This document shows positions 56,421-64,000 of a stretch of 64,000 bases of DNA, one piece after another. Source of the DNA: Candidatus Caccoplasma merdipullorum (GTDB lineage Bacteria; Bacteroidota; Bacteroidia; Bacteroidales; G3-4614); NCBI GenBank assembly GCA_017694415.1, contig JADIMW010000015.1, positions 3,638-67,637 on the forward strand, given 5' to 3'. The notes beneath the pieces were generated by a model. That model did no database searches and was not told where the DNA came from. It saw only the letters and a program-made list of their open reading frames with translations. Position 1 is the first letter of the stretch, and each line of letters opens with the position of its first letter. A program made the translations under genes and the position numbers.

Positions 56421-57400
56421 AAGGCGGTATTCGTTAATTTTTTGTTTTTAAAACTGTTCAGTGTCCTTATCATGCCCTCGGTAGAAGACACAGGCATTGT
56501 ATCGATGCCGAGAGCACCTTTTAATTTTAAGTTGGAAACAATATACGATTCCGTAAGTTTTTTCAACCTTTCACTGTTAAGCGGCAGTTTCAGCACATCT
56601 CCGGCTTTGGCCATGCAGCGTATTAAGGCTTGCGGCATGTTAATAATCTGCGGCTTGCGGTTCTGCGACTCGGCAATCAGCCTTATCAGTTCGTTTGTCG
56701 ATAACGGCGTGTCATCGGCAATCTGATATGTCCCTTGCGGAATTTTGCCCCTTATCATGTTTTTAACCGTATAGCATACGTTCTCAATGCTTGTGAACGA
56801 ACGCAGGTTGTCGAATTTTCCCAAAGGCCAAGGTATCCGTTTTGAGACTGTCTTGTATAACAGATTAAGATTCCCTTTGTTTCCCGGGCCATGTATCATT
56901 GCCGGGCGGAGTATATACACCTTTTTCGATTCGTCAATATCTTTTTCCTTTGAGTTTATATACTCTTCGGCACGCAATTTCGATTCACCGTAAGGCGTTT
57001 TAGGGTATGGTACGGCATCTTCGGTAAGAAACTCTCCTTCAACGGTATCAGCTACAGCCTTGACGCTGCTGAAGAATATGAAAATCTTTGTTTTCGATTT
57101 CAAATACTTGTCGAATATCCGTTGAGTAAGTCCGGTATTGACTTTGAAATACAGCTCCTTATCGACAGCGTTGCCGCGGGTATCGTGAGCCATACCGGCA
57201 AGATGGATAATCGCATCGTATGAATCGAGCTCTTCATTGTCGAGATTATCCCAAGAAACATAGCGGTCATACGGCGCATTACCCTCTTTTATATCCAATG
57301 CAGTAAGGGTTATGTCTTTGTCCTGTTTAAGATAAGTTGCCAAATTGGTTCCCACAAATCCATATCCCCCTGTTATCATTATTTTGCAACTGTTGTCCAT
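56417..57400 (-). CDS. NAD-dependent epimerase/dehydratase (SDR, WbpK/WbpV-like)
   Basis: ITGGYGFVG Rossmann motif, YGESK catalytic motif. The stop overlaps the next start by 4 nt (ATGA). Confidence 0.82.
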   Translation of the reverse strand: MDNSCKIMITGGYGFVGTNLATYLKQDKDITLTALDIKEGNAPYDRYVSWDNLDNEELDSYDAIIHLAGMAHDTRGNAVDKELYFKVNTGLTQRIFDKYLKSKTKIFIFFSSVKAVADTVEGEFLTEDAVPYPKTPYGESKLRAEEYINSKEKDIDESKKVYILRPAMIHGPGNKGNLNLLYKTVSKRIPWPLGKFDNLRSFTSIENVCYTVKNMIRGKIPQGTYQIADDTPLSTNELIRLIAESQNRKPQIINMPQALIRCMAKAGDVLKLPLNSERLKKLTESYIVSNLKLKGALGIDTMPVSSTEGMIRTLNSFKNKKLTNTAL

Positions 57401-57516
57401 AGCCCGTCTTATCTGTTTTAAAAGAGCTTAGTGTTCTGTTGAATAGCCATATATAGCGGTAGGACTACAAATAACCAATATATTTGTGCTTAATCCTAAA
57501 CCGCCACAACCTATCG

Positions 57517-57524
57517 CAAAGTTA
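57517..57524 (-). promoter_or_regulatory. -7 box TAACTTTG for the sugar-nucleotide operon
   Basis: Exact TAnnTTTG on the minus strand, about 115 nt upstream of ATG 57400. Confidence 0.4.
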
Positions 57525-57745
57525 AGAATTATTTACCACATATACCTTAATTGAAGGCCACTTATTTTATTTTAATTGATTATTATAATAATAATGGTTA
57601 AAAAGTTTCCGGTTTAATTCTGAATTTAACGGTTTTCTTACAAAAAAAAGTTACATAATGAACATTCTACGTGCAAATTTGTTTATATAAATATATTAAA
57701 TGTGATTCTTCCTACACTGTTACGTAATATTGCGATTTGTCGGTT

Positions 57746-58453
57746 ATGCGTTTGATTCTTGTAAAGTCCGGGGAAAGTTTATTAGACCGTCAGAAAAAAA
57801 TAGCAGGGTGGTGTGATTCAGGGCTGACAATATCGGGTGTTGAAGAAGTTCGAAAATATGCCGAAATTTTAAATTCGTCGGGTGTGAATTACGATATTGT
57901 TTTTACATCGTATTTGCGCAGCGATTTAGAGTCGGCATTTTATATTCAGGAGAAATATTGTCCGTGGATTCCGCAGATAAAAGCATGGCAACTTAATGAC
58001 AGGCATTTCGGAATTTTTGAAGGTCTTGCAAGAAGTGAAGCCGAGAGGAAATACGGAAAAGCTCGTTTTAAGGAATTGGAAGAAAATACTGCATCCGCGC
58101 CACCCGTCTTGCCGGAGTATGATTTTCGTAATCCGGTTTTTGATATGCGTTATTTCGGAGTATCAAAGAAATGCCTGCCATTATCGGAATCTCTCGAAAA
58201 CTTGTCAGACAGAATTCTGGCATATTATAAATCGATAATATCTTCGTATATAAGGAATGGGAGCAATGTGTTGCTCGTGTTGCACAAAAAACCTATTGCA
58301 ACGATAATTTCGTATATGGAATCCATCTCGGCAGGAAAAAAATCGGATGTGGAAACATTGTTCAATGAGCCTGTTGTGATATATGAATTGAACAAAAATG
58401 CCGATGTAAAAGGGTGTATGACGTTGTCGGCATCCGACATTGTTTATACATAG
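57746..58453 (+). CDS. histidine-phosphatase (dPGM-like) superfamily paralogue lacking the catalytic RHG histidine
   Basis: Collinear with GpmA, but LVRHGES is replaced by LVKSGES. NDRHFG and LLVLHKK retain other positions. The ORF-track start 57737 is TTG; the ATG is at 57746. Confidence 0.7.
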   Translation: MRLILVKSGESLLDRQKKIAGWCDSGLTISGVEEVRKYAEILNSSGVNYDIVFTSYLRSDLESAFYIQEKYCPWIPQIKAWQLNDRHFGIFEGLARSEAERKYGKARFKELEENTASAPPVLPEYDFRNPVFDMRYFGVSKKCLPLSESLENLSDRILAYYKSIISSYIRNGSNVLLVLHKKPIATIISYMESISAGKKSDVETLFNEPVVIYELNKNADVKGCMTLSASDIVYT

Positions 58454-58490
58454 ATGCCCGTTAATTTGCTTTTAATAGCCAGTGAGGATT

Positions 58491-58642
58491 GGCTGCGGCT
58501 CGGCATATCCAAACTTGAAAACTTCGTTTTCGTTTGTCTCTGCTCTCGCCTTTGGCTACTTTGACTGCCGTCGAAGATAGGCTGCGGCTCGGCATATCCA
58601 AACTTGAAAACTCCGTTTTCGTTTGTCTCTGCTCTCGCCTTT
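58491..58642 (+). repeat. tandem direct repeat: 63-bp core twice (58491-58553 and 58580-58642, 1 mismatch), period 89 bp
   Basis: The core is GGCTGCGGCTCGGCATATCCAAACTTGAAAACT(T/C)CGTTTTCGTTTGTCTCTGCTCTCGCCTTT. It contains an internal hairpin CAAAC..GAAAAC/GTTTTC-GTTTG. Confidence 0.92.
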
Positions 58643-58653
58643 CACTATCTTTG
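58622..58653 (+). promoter_or_regulatory. full-consensus promoter for ybaK formed by the end of repeat unit 2 (TTTG-N20-TATCTTTG)
   Basis: TTTG at 58622-58625 and TATCTTTG at 58646-58653, 37 nt upstream of the ybaK ATG. Unit 1 carries a degenerate equivalent (TTTG at 58533-36, TACTTTGA at 58557-64). Confidence 0.5.
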
Positions 58654-58689
58654 TAAATCAAACGTAAGGAGTGAATATATTGGCTCGAA

Positions 58690-59172
58690 ATGAAAATAAA
58701 TAAAACGAATGTGGCGCGCCTTCTTGATAAGGCGGGTATAAAATATGAACTGATTCCGTATGTGGTGGATGAATCTGATTTGTCTGCGCAGCATATCGCG
58801 GCTCAATTGGATGAGGATATAAACCGGGTGTTTAAGACGCTTGTATTGCGGGGCGACAAGACGGGATTGTTCGTGTGTGTAATACCCGGAAATATGGAGG
58901 TCAATTTGAAAGCTGCGGCTAAGATTTCATCGAATAAGAGCGCAGAGATGATTGCTGTTAAAGAACTTTTGCCGCTAACGGGATATATACGCGGAGGTTG
59001 CTCGCCGATAGGGATGAAAAAACATTATCCGACTTATTTTCATTCAACTTGTCTCGATTTTGATTACATATATGTTAGCGCCGGTGTGCGCGGAATCCAA
59101 TTGAAACTTTCTCCTAAGGAACTTGTTGGTTTTGTAAACGGTACGGTGGCTGATGTGGCCGAACTGTTTTAA
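58690..59172 (+). CDS. ybaK: Cys-tRNA(Pro)/Cys-tRNA(Cys) deacylase YbaK
   Basis: 160 aa. KTLVLRGDK and GYIRGGCSPIG motifs. Confidence 0.88.
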   Translation: MKINKTNVARLLDKAGIKYELIPYVVDESDLSAQHIAAQLDEDINRVFKTLVLRGDKTGLFVCVIPGNMEVNLKAAAKISSNKSAEMIAVKELLPLTGYIRGGCSPIGMKKHYPTYFHSTCLDFDYIYVSAGVRGIQLKLSPKELVGFVNGTVADVAELF

Positions 59173-59220
59173 ATAGTTCATCACGTTATTGCCCGAAATG
59201 GCTGGGTGGTTATCGAAAGT

Positions 59221-59868
59221 TCAACGTTGTTTGCTTGCTCTTTCATAATATTTGCACCATGCGCTTATTCCGCAGTTAAGGCAGTCCGGCTTGCGCGCGC
59301 GGCAGACATACCTGCCGTGCAGTATAAGCCAGTGGTGCGCAATAGGCAGCAACGGTCCGGGTATATGTTTTACCAATACTTTTTCGGTTTCTAACGGTGT
59401 TTTAGAATTGTTTGTCAGACCTATTCTGTTCGAAACTCTGAATACATGCGTATCGACAGGCATGGCTTCTTTGTTGTAGGCTACGGCAGCTATTACATTG
59501 GCGGTTTTTCTGCCTACTCCCGGCAGTTTCTGCAACAAGTTTATGTCCGACGGTACTTCTCCGTTAAATTCTTCAATCAGCATTTTTGCCATGCCGACAA
59601 GATGTTTGGCCTTGTTGTTGGGGTAGGATACGCTTTTTATGTATTCGAATACGGCTTCGGGCGATGCTGCGGCCAATGTCTCGGGTTCTGGATATGCTTC
59701 GAACAGTTTCGGAGTAATCATATTGACCCGTTTGTCGGTACACTGAGCCGAGAGTATAACTGCTATAAGCAGTTGAAAAGTAGTCTCATAATGTAGCTCG
59801 GTTTCGGCAACCGGCATATTGTTGCTGAACCAGTCTATTATCTTGTCGTATCGTTCCTGTGTTTTCAT
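59221..59868 (-). CDS. nth: endonuclease III
   Basis: HhH-GPD (LPGVGRKTANV), catalytic Lys/Asp context (VDTHV), 4Fe-4S cluster C-x6-C-x2-C-x5-C (CRARKPDCLNCGISAWC). Confidence 0.95.
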   Translation of the reverse strand: MKTQERYDKIIDWFSNNMPVAETELHYETTFQLLIAVILSAQCTDKRVNMITPKLFEAYPEPETLAAASPEAVFEYIKSVSYPNNKAKHLVGMAKMLIEEFNGEVPSDINLLQKLPGVGRKTANVIAAVAYNKEAMPVDTHVFRVSNRIGLTNNSKTPLETEKVLVKHIPGPLLPIAHHWLILHGRYVCRARKPDCLNCGISAWCKYYERASKQR

Positions 59869-59996
59869 TTTAATTAAAATTTACGGGTTCGCTATTGTAA
59901 TTGCATTATCCCGATTTTGACGTCGGAAAGGAAACATGTACTTGCCATAGGGGTATTTGCTTCTCCTACACGCCTGTTATGGGGCTTTTTGTTATT

Positions 59997-60036
59997 TAAA
60001 AAAAGAGGTGCGCCGACAATCGGGTTCGGCACACCT
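59997..60036 (-). terminator. intrinsic terminator of pheS
   Basis: AGGTGCGCCGA (60006-60016) / TCGGCACACCT (60026-60036), followed on the minus strand by a T-run (complement of the A-run at 59996-60004). Confidence 0.7.
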
Positions 60037-60056
60037 TTATATATATGTAAGGATAT

Positions 60057-61076
60057 TTAAAGCGCGGCTTCGAATTCCTCCAGAAAACGCTTGTCGTTTT
60101 CGGAGAACATGCGTAAATCCTTTACTTGATATTTTAAGTTTGTTACGCGTTCTATACCCATACCGAGTGCGTATCCCGTATATACTTTGCTGTCGATGCC
60201 GCAGGCTTCCAGAACATTGGGATCTACCATTCCGCATCCGAGAATCTCTACCCAGCCTGTTCCTTTGCAGAATGAACACCCTTTGCCACCGCACAGATTA
60301 CACGATATGTCCATTTCGGCCGACGGTTCTGTAAACGGGAAGTACGACGGGCGCAGCCTTATTTTGGTATTTGCTCCGAACATCTCTTTTGCAAAGAAAA
60401 GCAGAGCCTGTTTAAGGTCGGCAAAAGTTACGTTCTTGTCCACGTAAAGAGCCTCTACCTGATGGAAGAAACAGTGTGCACGGGCTGAGATGGCTTCGTT
60501 TCTGTAAACCCGACCGGGGCATATTATCCTTATCGGCGGTTGGGTCTTTCCCATAACGCGAGTCTGTACCGACGACGTATGAGTACGCAGCAAAACGTCC
60601 GGCGAACGCTGAATGAAGAAGGTATCCTGCATGTCTCTTGCCGGATGGTCTTCGGGGAAGTTGAGCGAAGAGAAAACATGCCAGTCGTCCTCTATCTCAG
60701 GGCCTTCGGCAATAGAGAAACCGAGTTTGCCGAAAATATCGCAGATTTCGTTTTTTACTATCGATATGGGGTGGCGTGTCCCGAGTTTTACAGGGTAAGC
60801 CGAACGGGTCAAGTCTATTTCCGTATCCGTTTGTTTGTTGTCGGATATGCGTTCTTTAAGCGAATTTATTTTTTGCAGAGCTTCATCCTTAAGTTCGTTC
60901 AGAAGTTTTCCGACTTCGCGTTTTTGTTCCGCCGGTACATTCCTGAATTCGTTGAACAACGATGTTATCTCGCCTTTCTTGCTAAGATATTTTATTCGTA
61001 GCGATTCCAGTTCATTAAGGTCGGAAGCTGTCAAAGCCCCTATTTCTTCCTTAAGCCGTTTTATAATATCTAACAT
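60057..61076 (-). CDS. pheS: phenylalanine--tRNA ligase alpha subunit
   Basis: 339 aa. Class-II motifs (HPARDMQDTF, GRVYR, FHQVE, GLGIERV-type GMGIERV). Confidence 0.96.
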   Translation of the reverse strand: MLDIIKRLKEEIGALTASDLNELESLRIKYLSKKGEITSLFNEFRNVPAEQKREVGKLLNELKDEALQKINSLKERISDNKQTDTEIDLTRSAYPVKLGTRHPISIVKNEICDIFGKLGFSIAEGPEIEDDWHVFSSLNFPEDHPARDMQDTFFIQRSPDVLLRTHTSSVQTRVMGKTQPPIRIICPGRVYRNEAISARAHCFFHQVEALYVDKNVTFADLKQALLFFAKEMFGANTKIRLRPSYFPFTEPSAEMDISCNLCGGKGCSFCKGTGWVEILGCGMVDPNVLEACGIDSKVYTGYALGMGIERVTNLKYQVKDLRMFSENDKRFLEEFEAAL

Positions 61077-61098
61077 AACTCTGTTTTGAATTTGTGCG

Positions 61099-61106
61099 CA
61101 AAATTA
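61099..61106 (-). promoter_or_regulatory. -7 box TAATTTTG for pheS
   Basis: Exact TAnnTTTG on the minus strand, 23 nt upstream of the ATG. Confidence 0.45.
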
Positions 61107-61169
61107 ATAATTATAACCGTTTTTACAGTCGGATGTACCCAAATATTTTATAGTTGTTTTGGAAATTAT

Positions 61170-61177
61170 TACTTTCG
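61170..61177 (+). promoter_or_regulatory. possible -7 box (TACTTTCG) for tilS
   Basis: Near-consensus box 23 nt upstream of the ATG at 61200. Confidence 0.3.
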
Positions 61178-61199
61178 CAAAAAACAAAAGTCGGTATAA

Positions 61200-62540
61200 A
61201 TGAAAGGCGGAGCTGCAGAAACAGAAAGAATCGTGGCGGAATATATAGCTAAGAATATCCCTCTGCAAGCAGGCGACAATATACTTGTCGGATTGAGCGG
61301 CGGAGCCGATTCGGTAGCTCTTACGCTAATCTTGCACAAACTCGGATACTCGGTCTGTGCTGCGAATTGCAACTTCTCTTTGCGAGGTGAAGAAGCCGAC
61401 AGAGATACGGAATTTGCAAGAAGCACGGCCGAAAAAATAGGAATACCGTTCGTATCGGTAAAGTTCGACACGCTCGGATATGCATCGCGCAACAAAGTGT
61501 CGATAGAGATGGCATGTAGGGAGTTGCGGTACGACTGGTTTGAAAAAGAGAGAACCGCCAACGGTTGTTCCTATATTGCGGTAGCTCATCACCGGGACGA
61601 CTCGGTCGAAACGATGATGATAAACCTTATACGCGGGACAGGTATTTCCGGATTAACCGGAATAGCTCCCGTAAACGGATACGTTATACGCCCTTTGCTC
61701 GGAATATCGCGAGCCGACATATTGAGCTATCTCGCCATGTCGGGATTCGGTTATGTAACCGACAGCACCAATGCCGACACAGTATATGTCCGCAATAAGA
61801 TACGGAACAGGATACTCCCCCTTATGCAGGAGATAAACCCCTCGGTTGGCGGAGCGTTCGAACGTACCGCCGAAAATTTGAGAGAAGCCGAAGTTCTGTA
61901 CAGATATGCCGTTAGGCATGCAATATCCGAGATTGTTCACGTAGAGGCCGGGAACGTTTTCATATCGCTCGAAACCCTTAAGGCATGGCCGGCCGCAAGA
62001 ACCTTGTTGTATGAAATACTGAAACCGTATGGTTTCTTGTCTTCCCAAACAGACGACATCTTGTCGGGAATAGGCGGGGCATCGGGACTAAAATACTATT
62101 CTCCTACACACCGTCTTGTCCGCGACAGAAAATATTTCATAGTCTCTCCCGTTGTATCATCTGCGGAGCAGACCGCAGAAAAAGATAAAACCGTCCCTCT
62201 GTCCGAAGTGCTGCATATGGAATATGTGGACACGCCGTCAGAATTCGAGATACCGAAATCAAAAAAGACCGCCTGTTTCGATGCGGCTCTTTTACCACAA
62301 CCGCTGGCATTGAGGCACTGGTGCGAGGGAGACAGGTTTGTTCCTTTCGGAATGAAAGGACAGCAGAAGTTGAGCGACTATTTCAACAACCGTAAATTTT
62401 CGGTATTGCAAAAAGAGTCGGCGTTGTTACTGACGGCAGGAGGAGAGATAGTATGGATAGTGGGGGAGAGGCAAAGCGATAAATACAAAATTACGCCTGA
62501 TACGACACGTATAGTCAAATTCTCGATAAAAGATACATGA
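61200..62540 (+). CDS. tilS: tRNA(Ile)-lysidine synthase
   Basis: PP-loop SGGADS, HHRDD motif. 446 aa with a C-terminal TilS domain. Confidence 0.92.
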   Translation: MKGGAAETERIVAEYIAKNIPLQAGDNILVGLSGGADSVALTLILHKLGYSVCAANCNFSLRGEEADRDTEFARSTAEKIGIPFVSVKFDTLGYASRNKVSIEMACRELRYDWFEKERTANGCSYIAVAHHRDDSVETMMINLIRGTGISGLTGIAPVNGYVIRPLLGISRADILSYLAMSGFGYVTDSTNADTVYVRNKIRNRILPLMQEINPSVGGAFERTAENLREAEVLYRYAVRHAISEIVHVEAGNVFISLETLKAWPAARTLLYEILKPYGFLSSQTDDILSGIGGASGLKYYSPTHRLVRDRKYFIVSPVVSSAEQTAEKDKTVPLSEVLHMEYVDTPSEFEIPKSKKTACFDAALLPQPLALRHWCEGDRFVPFGMKGQQKLSDYFNNRKFSVLQKESALLLTAGGEIVWIVGERQSDKYKITPDTTRIVKFSIKDT

Positions 62541-63105
62541 CTGATACAAGCAATAACCTATTGCATACATCATTAAGGCCTATAAAAAGTTCCAAGGGCG
62601 AAACACATATATAATATGTAGATAGAGATAGCCCGATGATGTTTTCACCCTCGAACCTAAGAAGCATAAGACATTTGTCAAAAAGCAAATGAAGCGGATT
62701 GCCGACAGACAATTTTGTTAAGTACAACATATCTTGTCCCGCATATGCAGTTACATACATAAATATTCAACCCGTATCAAACCAACTGCTATTTCCTTAC
62801 CGATGAAACGAGCGGCAGTACGGTTGTGATTGACTCCGGATGTTATTCCCGCAGCGAATGTGAAAAAATAAAGCATCTCGCCTGTACCAAAGACTGGCAT
62901 ATCGAACAACTCCTCGCGACACATTTGCATATAGACCATATATTCGGAGCACAATTTATGATTGAGACGTTCGATTGTCCATTCGGTGCGTACAAATGAT
63001 GCCGGACATGTTTTTTAAAATGTGTGGATTTTAAAACTGAAAGACTTGTTGTAAAAAACAAACAAAATGACAGGATCAGTTGTTGCAATATAAAAAAATA
63101 TTATT

Positions 63106-63113
63106 TACCTTTG
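63106..63113 (+). promoter_or_regulatory. -7 box TACCTTTG for rho (about 145-nt leader)
   Basis: Exact TAnnTTTG in the context TTATTTACCTTTGCAG. Confidence 0.45.
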
Positions 63114-63266
63114 CAGCCGAAATAATTCTGCTCGAAAGGCCTGAATATAGGTCGTGCCGAAAAATCCAAAATCCTTTTATATTATCAGATAAGCACCCGT
63201 GCGGTTGTTGCATCAAGATATAATGTCAGAGCAGAGTTTGTGCTATTTATTTTATTAAAAATTTCA

Positions 63267-64000
63267 TGTACAACATTTTAGAATTAAGAGACAAAACTCC
63301 CGAAGAGTTGCAGGCATTGGCTGTAGATATGGGAATAGAGAATCAGTCAGGAATGTCCAAAGACGATTTGGTTTATAGAATATTGGACCAGCAGGCGGTA
63401 AATGCCGCATCGAAAAAAACTCCCGAACGAAAGACAAAAGAAAAGTCTGAAAAAAACGATGTAAAGACGGCCGATGATTCACCCGAAACAGTATCGCAAG
63501 AAACACGCCGACCCACTCTACACAACGTCCAGCAGCGCAAAATGGTAGGAAGAAAGACGAAAGCGAAAAAAGAAGATTCGGCAGTATCGGAGCAGGAATC
63601 CGTTCGGCTTTCGGAATCGGAACAGAAAGAGTTTTCCGCCACCACCTTACTGGCAACGGACGAGTCGGACAAGACCGGAATAAAGACAAGGGTAAAATCA
63701 GTACGCTTTTCACATCCGGCTCTGAAGAACGATGTTGAGATTCCGCTTTCGGAGATTATGGGCGACGACAAGATGTCTGCTCGAATGAAGACGGAGATTC
63801 AGCGAATTGTCGAGAGCGGAGAAGCCGACCGGATAAAACCCTCCGATGAAAAAAGCAACCGCATGACCGACAATGCCGCTTCATCCGATGCAATACCCGC
63901 AGCAGATGATAGAACGGCAACCGAAGAGACCGACGAACAAAAAGCCTACATGCAGCAAAGGCAGTCGTTGAATCTTCAAACATTCTTCCCCCATAGCGAA
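63267..64000 (+). CDS. rho: transcription termination factor Rho, N-terminal part with long low-complexity insertion (runs off the right edge, so absent from the ORF track)
   Basis: Own translation from ATG 63267: MYNILELRDKTPEELQALAVDMGIENQSGMSKDDLVYRILDQQAVNAA... (Rho N-terminal helix bundle). It is followed by an open frame of K/E/S/T/D-rich sequence to the window end. Confidence 0.85.

Noticed and set aside
57401-57736. Invertible (phase-variable) promoter upstream of the polysaccharide-type operon, as at Bacteroides capsule loci
   Set aside because: I looked for flanking inverted repeats around the TAACTTTG box and found none. No recombinase or UpxY/UpxZ genes are nearby.
58461-58661. 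66-aa minus-strand ORF, and the idea that the two repeats are a mini-CRISPR array
   Set aside because: The ORF is generated by the tandem repeat. There are only two repeat copies, the 63-bp unit is far longer than CRISPR repeats, the 26-bp intervening segment resembles the flank of unit 2, and no cas genes are present.

Overview
This 64-kb window reads as a mostly housekeeping chromosomal segment of a Bacteroidota (Bacteroidales-like) genome. Supporting signs are recurrent TAnnTTTG -7 promoter boxes, A-rich start-codon contexts without Shine-Dalgarno sequences, a tmRNA encoding the tag GEENYALAA, and DUF2023/DUF4834 genes in their usual contexts. The N-terminus of a Rho factor with a long low-complexity insertion fits the same picture. 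Two genes run off the window edges and are therefore missing from the ORF track: ileS (1-2427, minus) and rho (63267-64000, plus). Recognisable content: ileS, cstA, radA, flavodoxin, a DEAD-box helicase, metF, holB, O-acetylhomoserine sulfhydrylase, ssrA, a GH29 fucosidase, yebC-family, pheT, psd-pssA and hisGDCB. It continues with a porin-pstSCAB-phoU-two-component phosphate regulon block, aguA/aguB, luxS-mtnN-mltG, fprA, a nucleotide-sugar/initiating-transferase operon, ybaK, nth, pheS and tilS. I found no CRISPR array, no tRNA/rRNA, no intact mobile element and no obvious defence island. The unusual signals are mostly non-coding or domain-level. (1) A three-copy 19-nt element in the fucosidase leader looks like a sequester/anti-sequester switch. 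(2) A four-segment leader-peptide attenuator lies upstream of hisG. (3) A promoter-to-terminator ~160-nt candidate sRNA or leader precedes a YXWGXW-repeat/FadL-like gene pair. (4) A ~1.1-kb ORF-poor gap carries a full consensus promoter and a perfect 19-bp palindrome. (5) 7+4+7 direct repeats upstream of the phosphate porin look like Pho boxes. (6) Several proteins have unusual architectures: a MATE transporter with a GHKL-like C-terminal domain, a guanine-deaminase homologue with a signal peptide, a cytidylyltransferase-GHMP kinase fusion, a dPGM paralogue lacking the catalytic His, and a PstC with a PstS-like insert. (7) A promoter module upstream of ybaK is tandemly duplicated. All functional calls come from my own reading of the translated sequence and motifs. 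No database search was possible.
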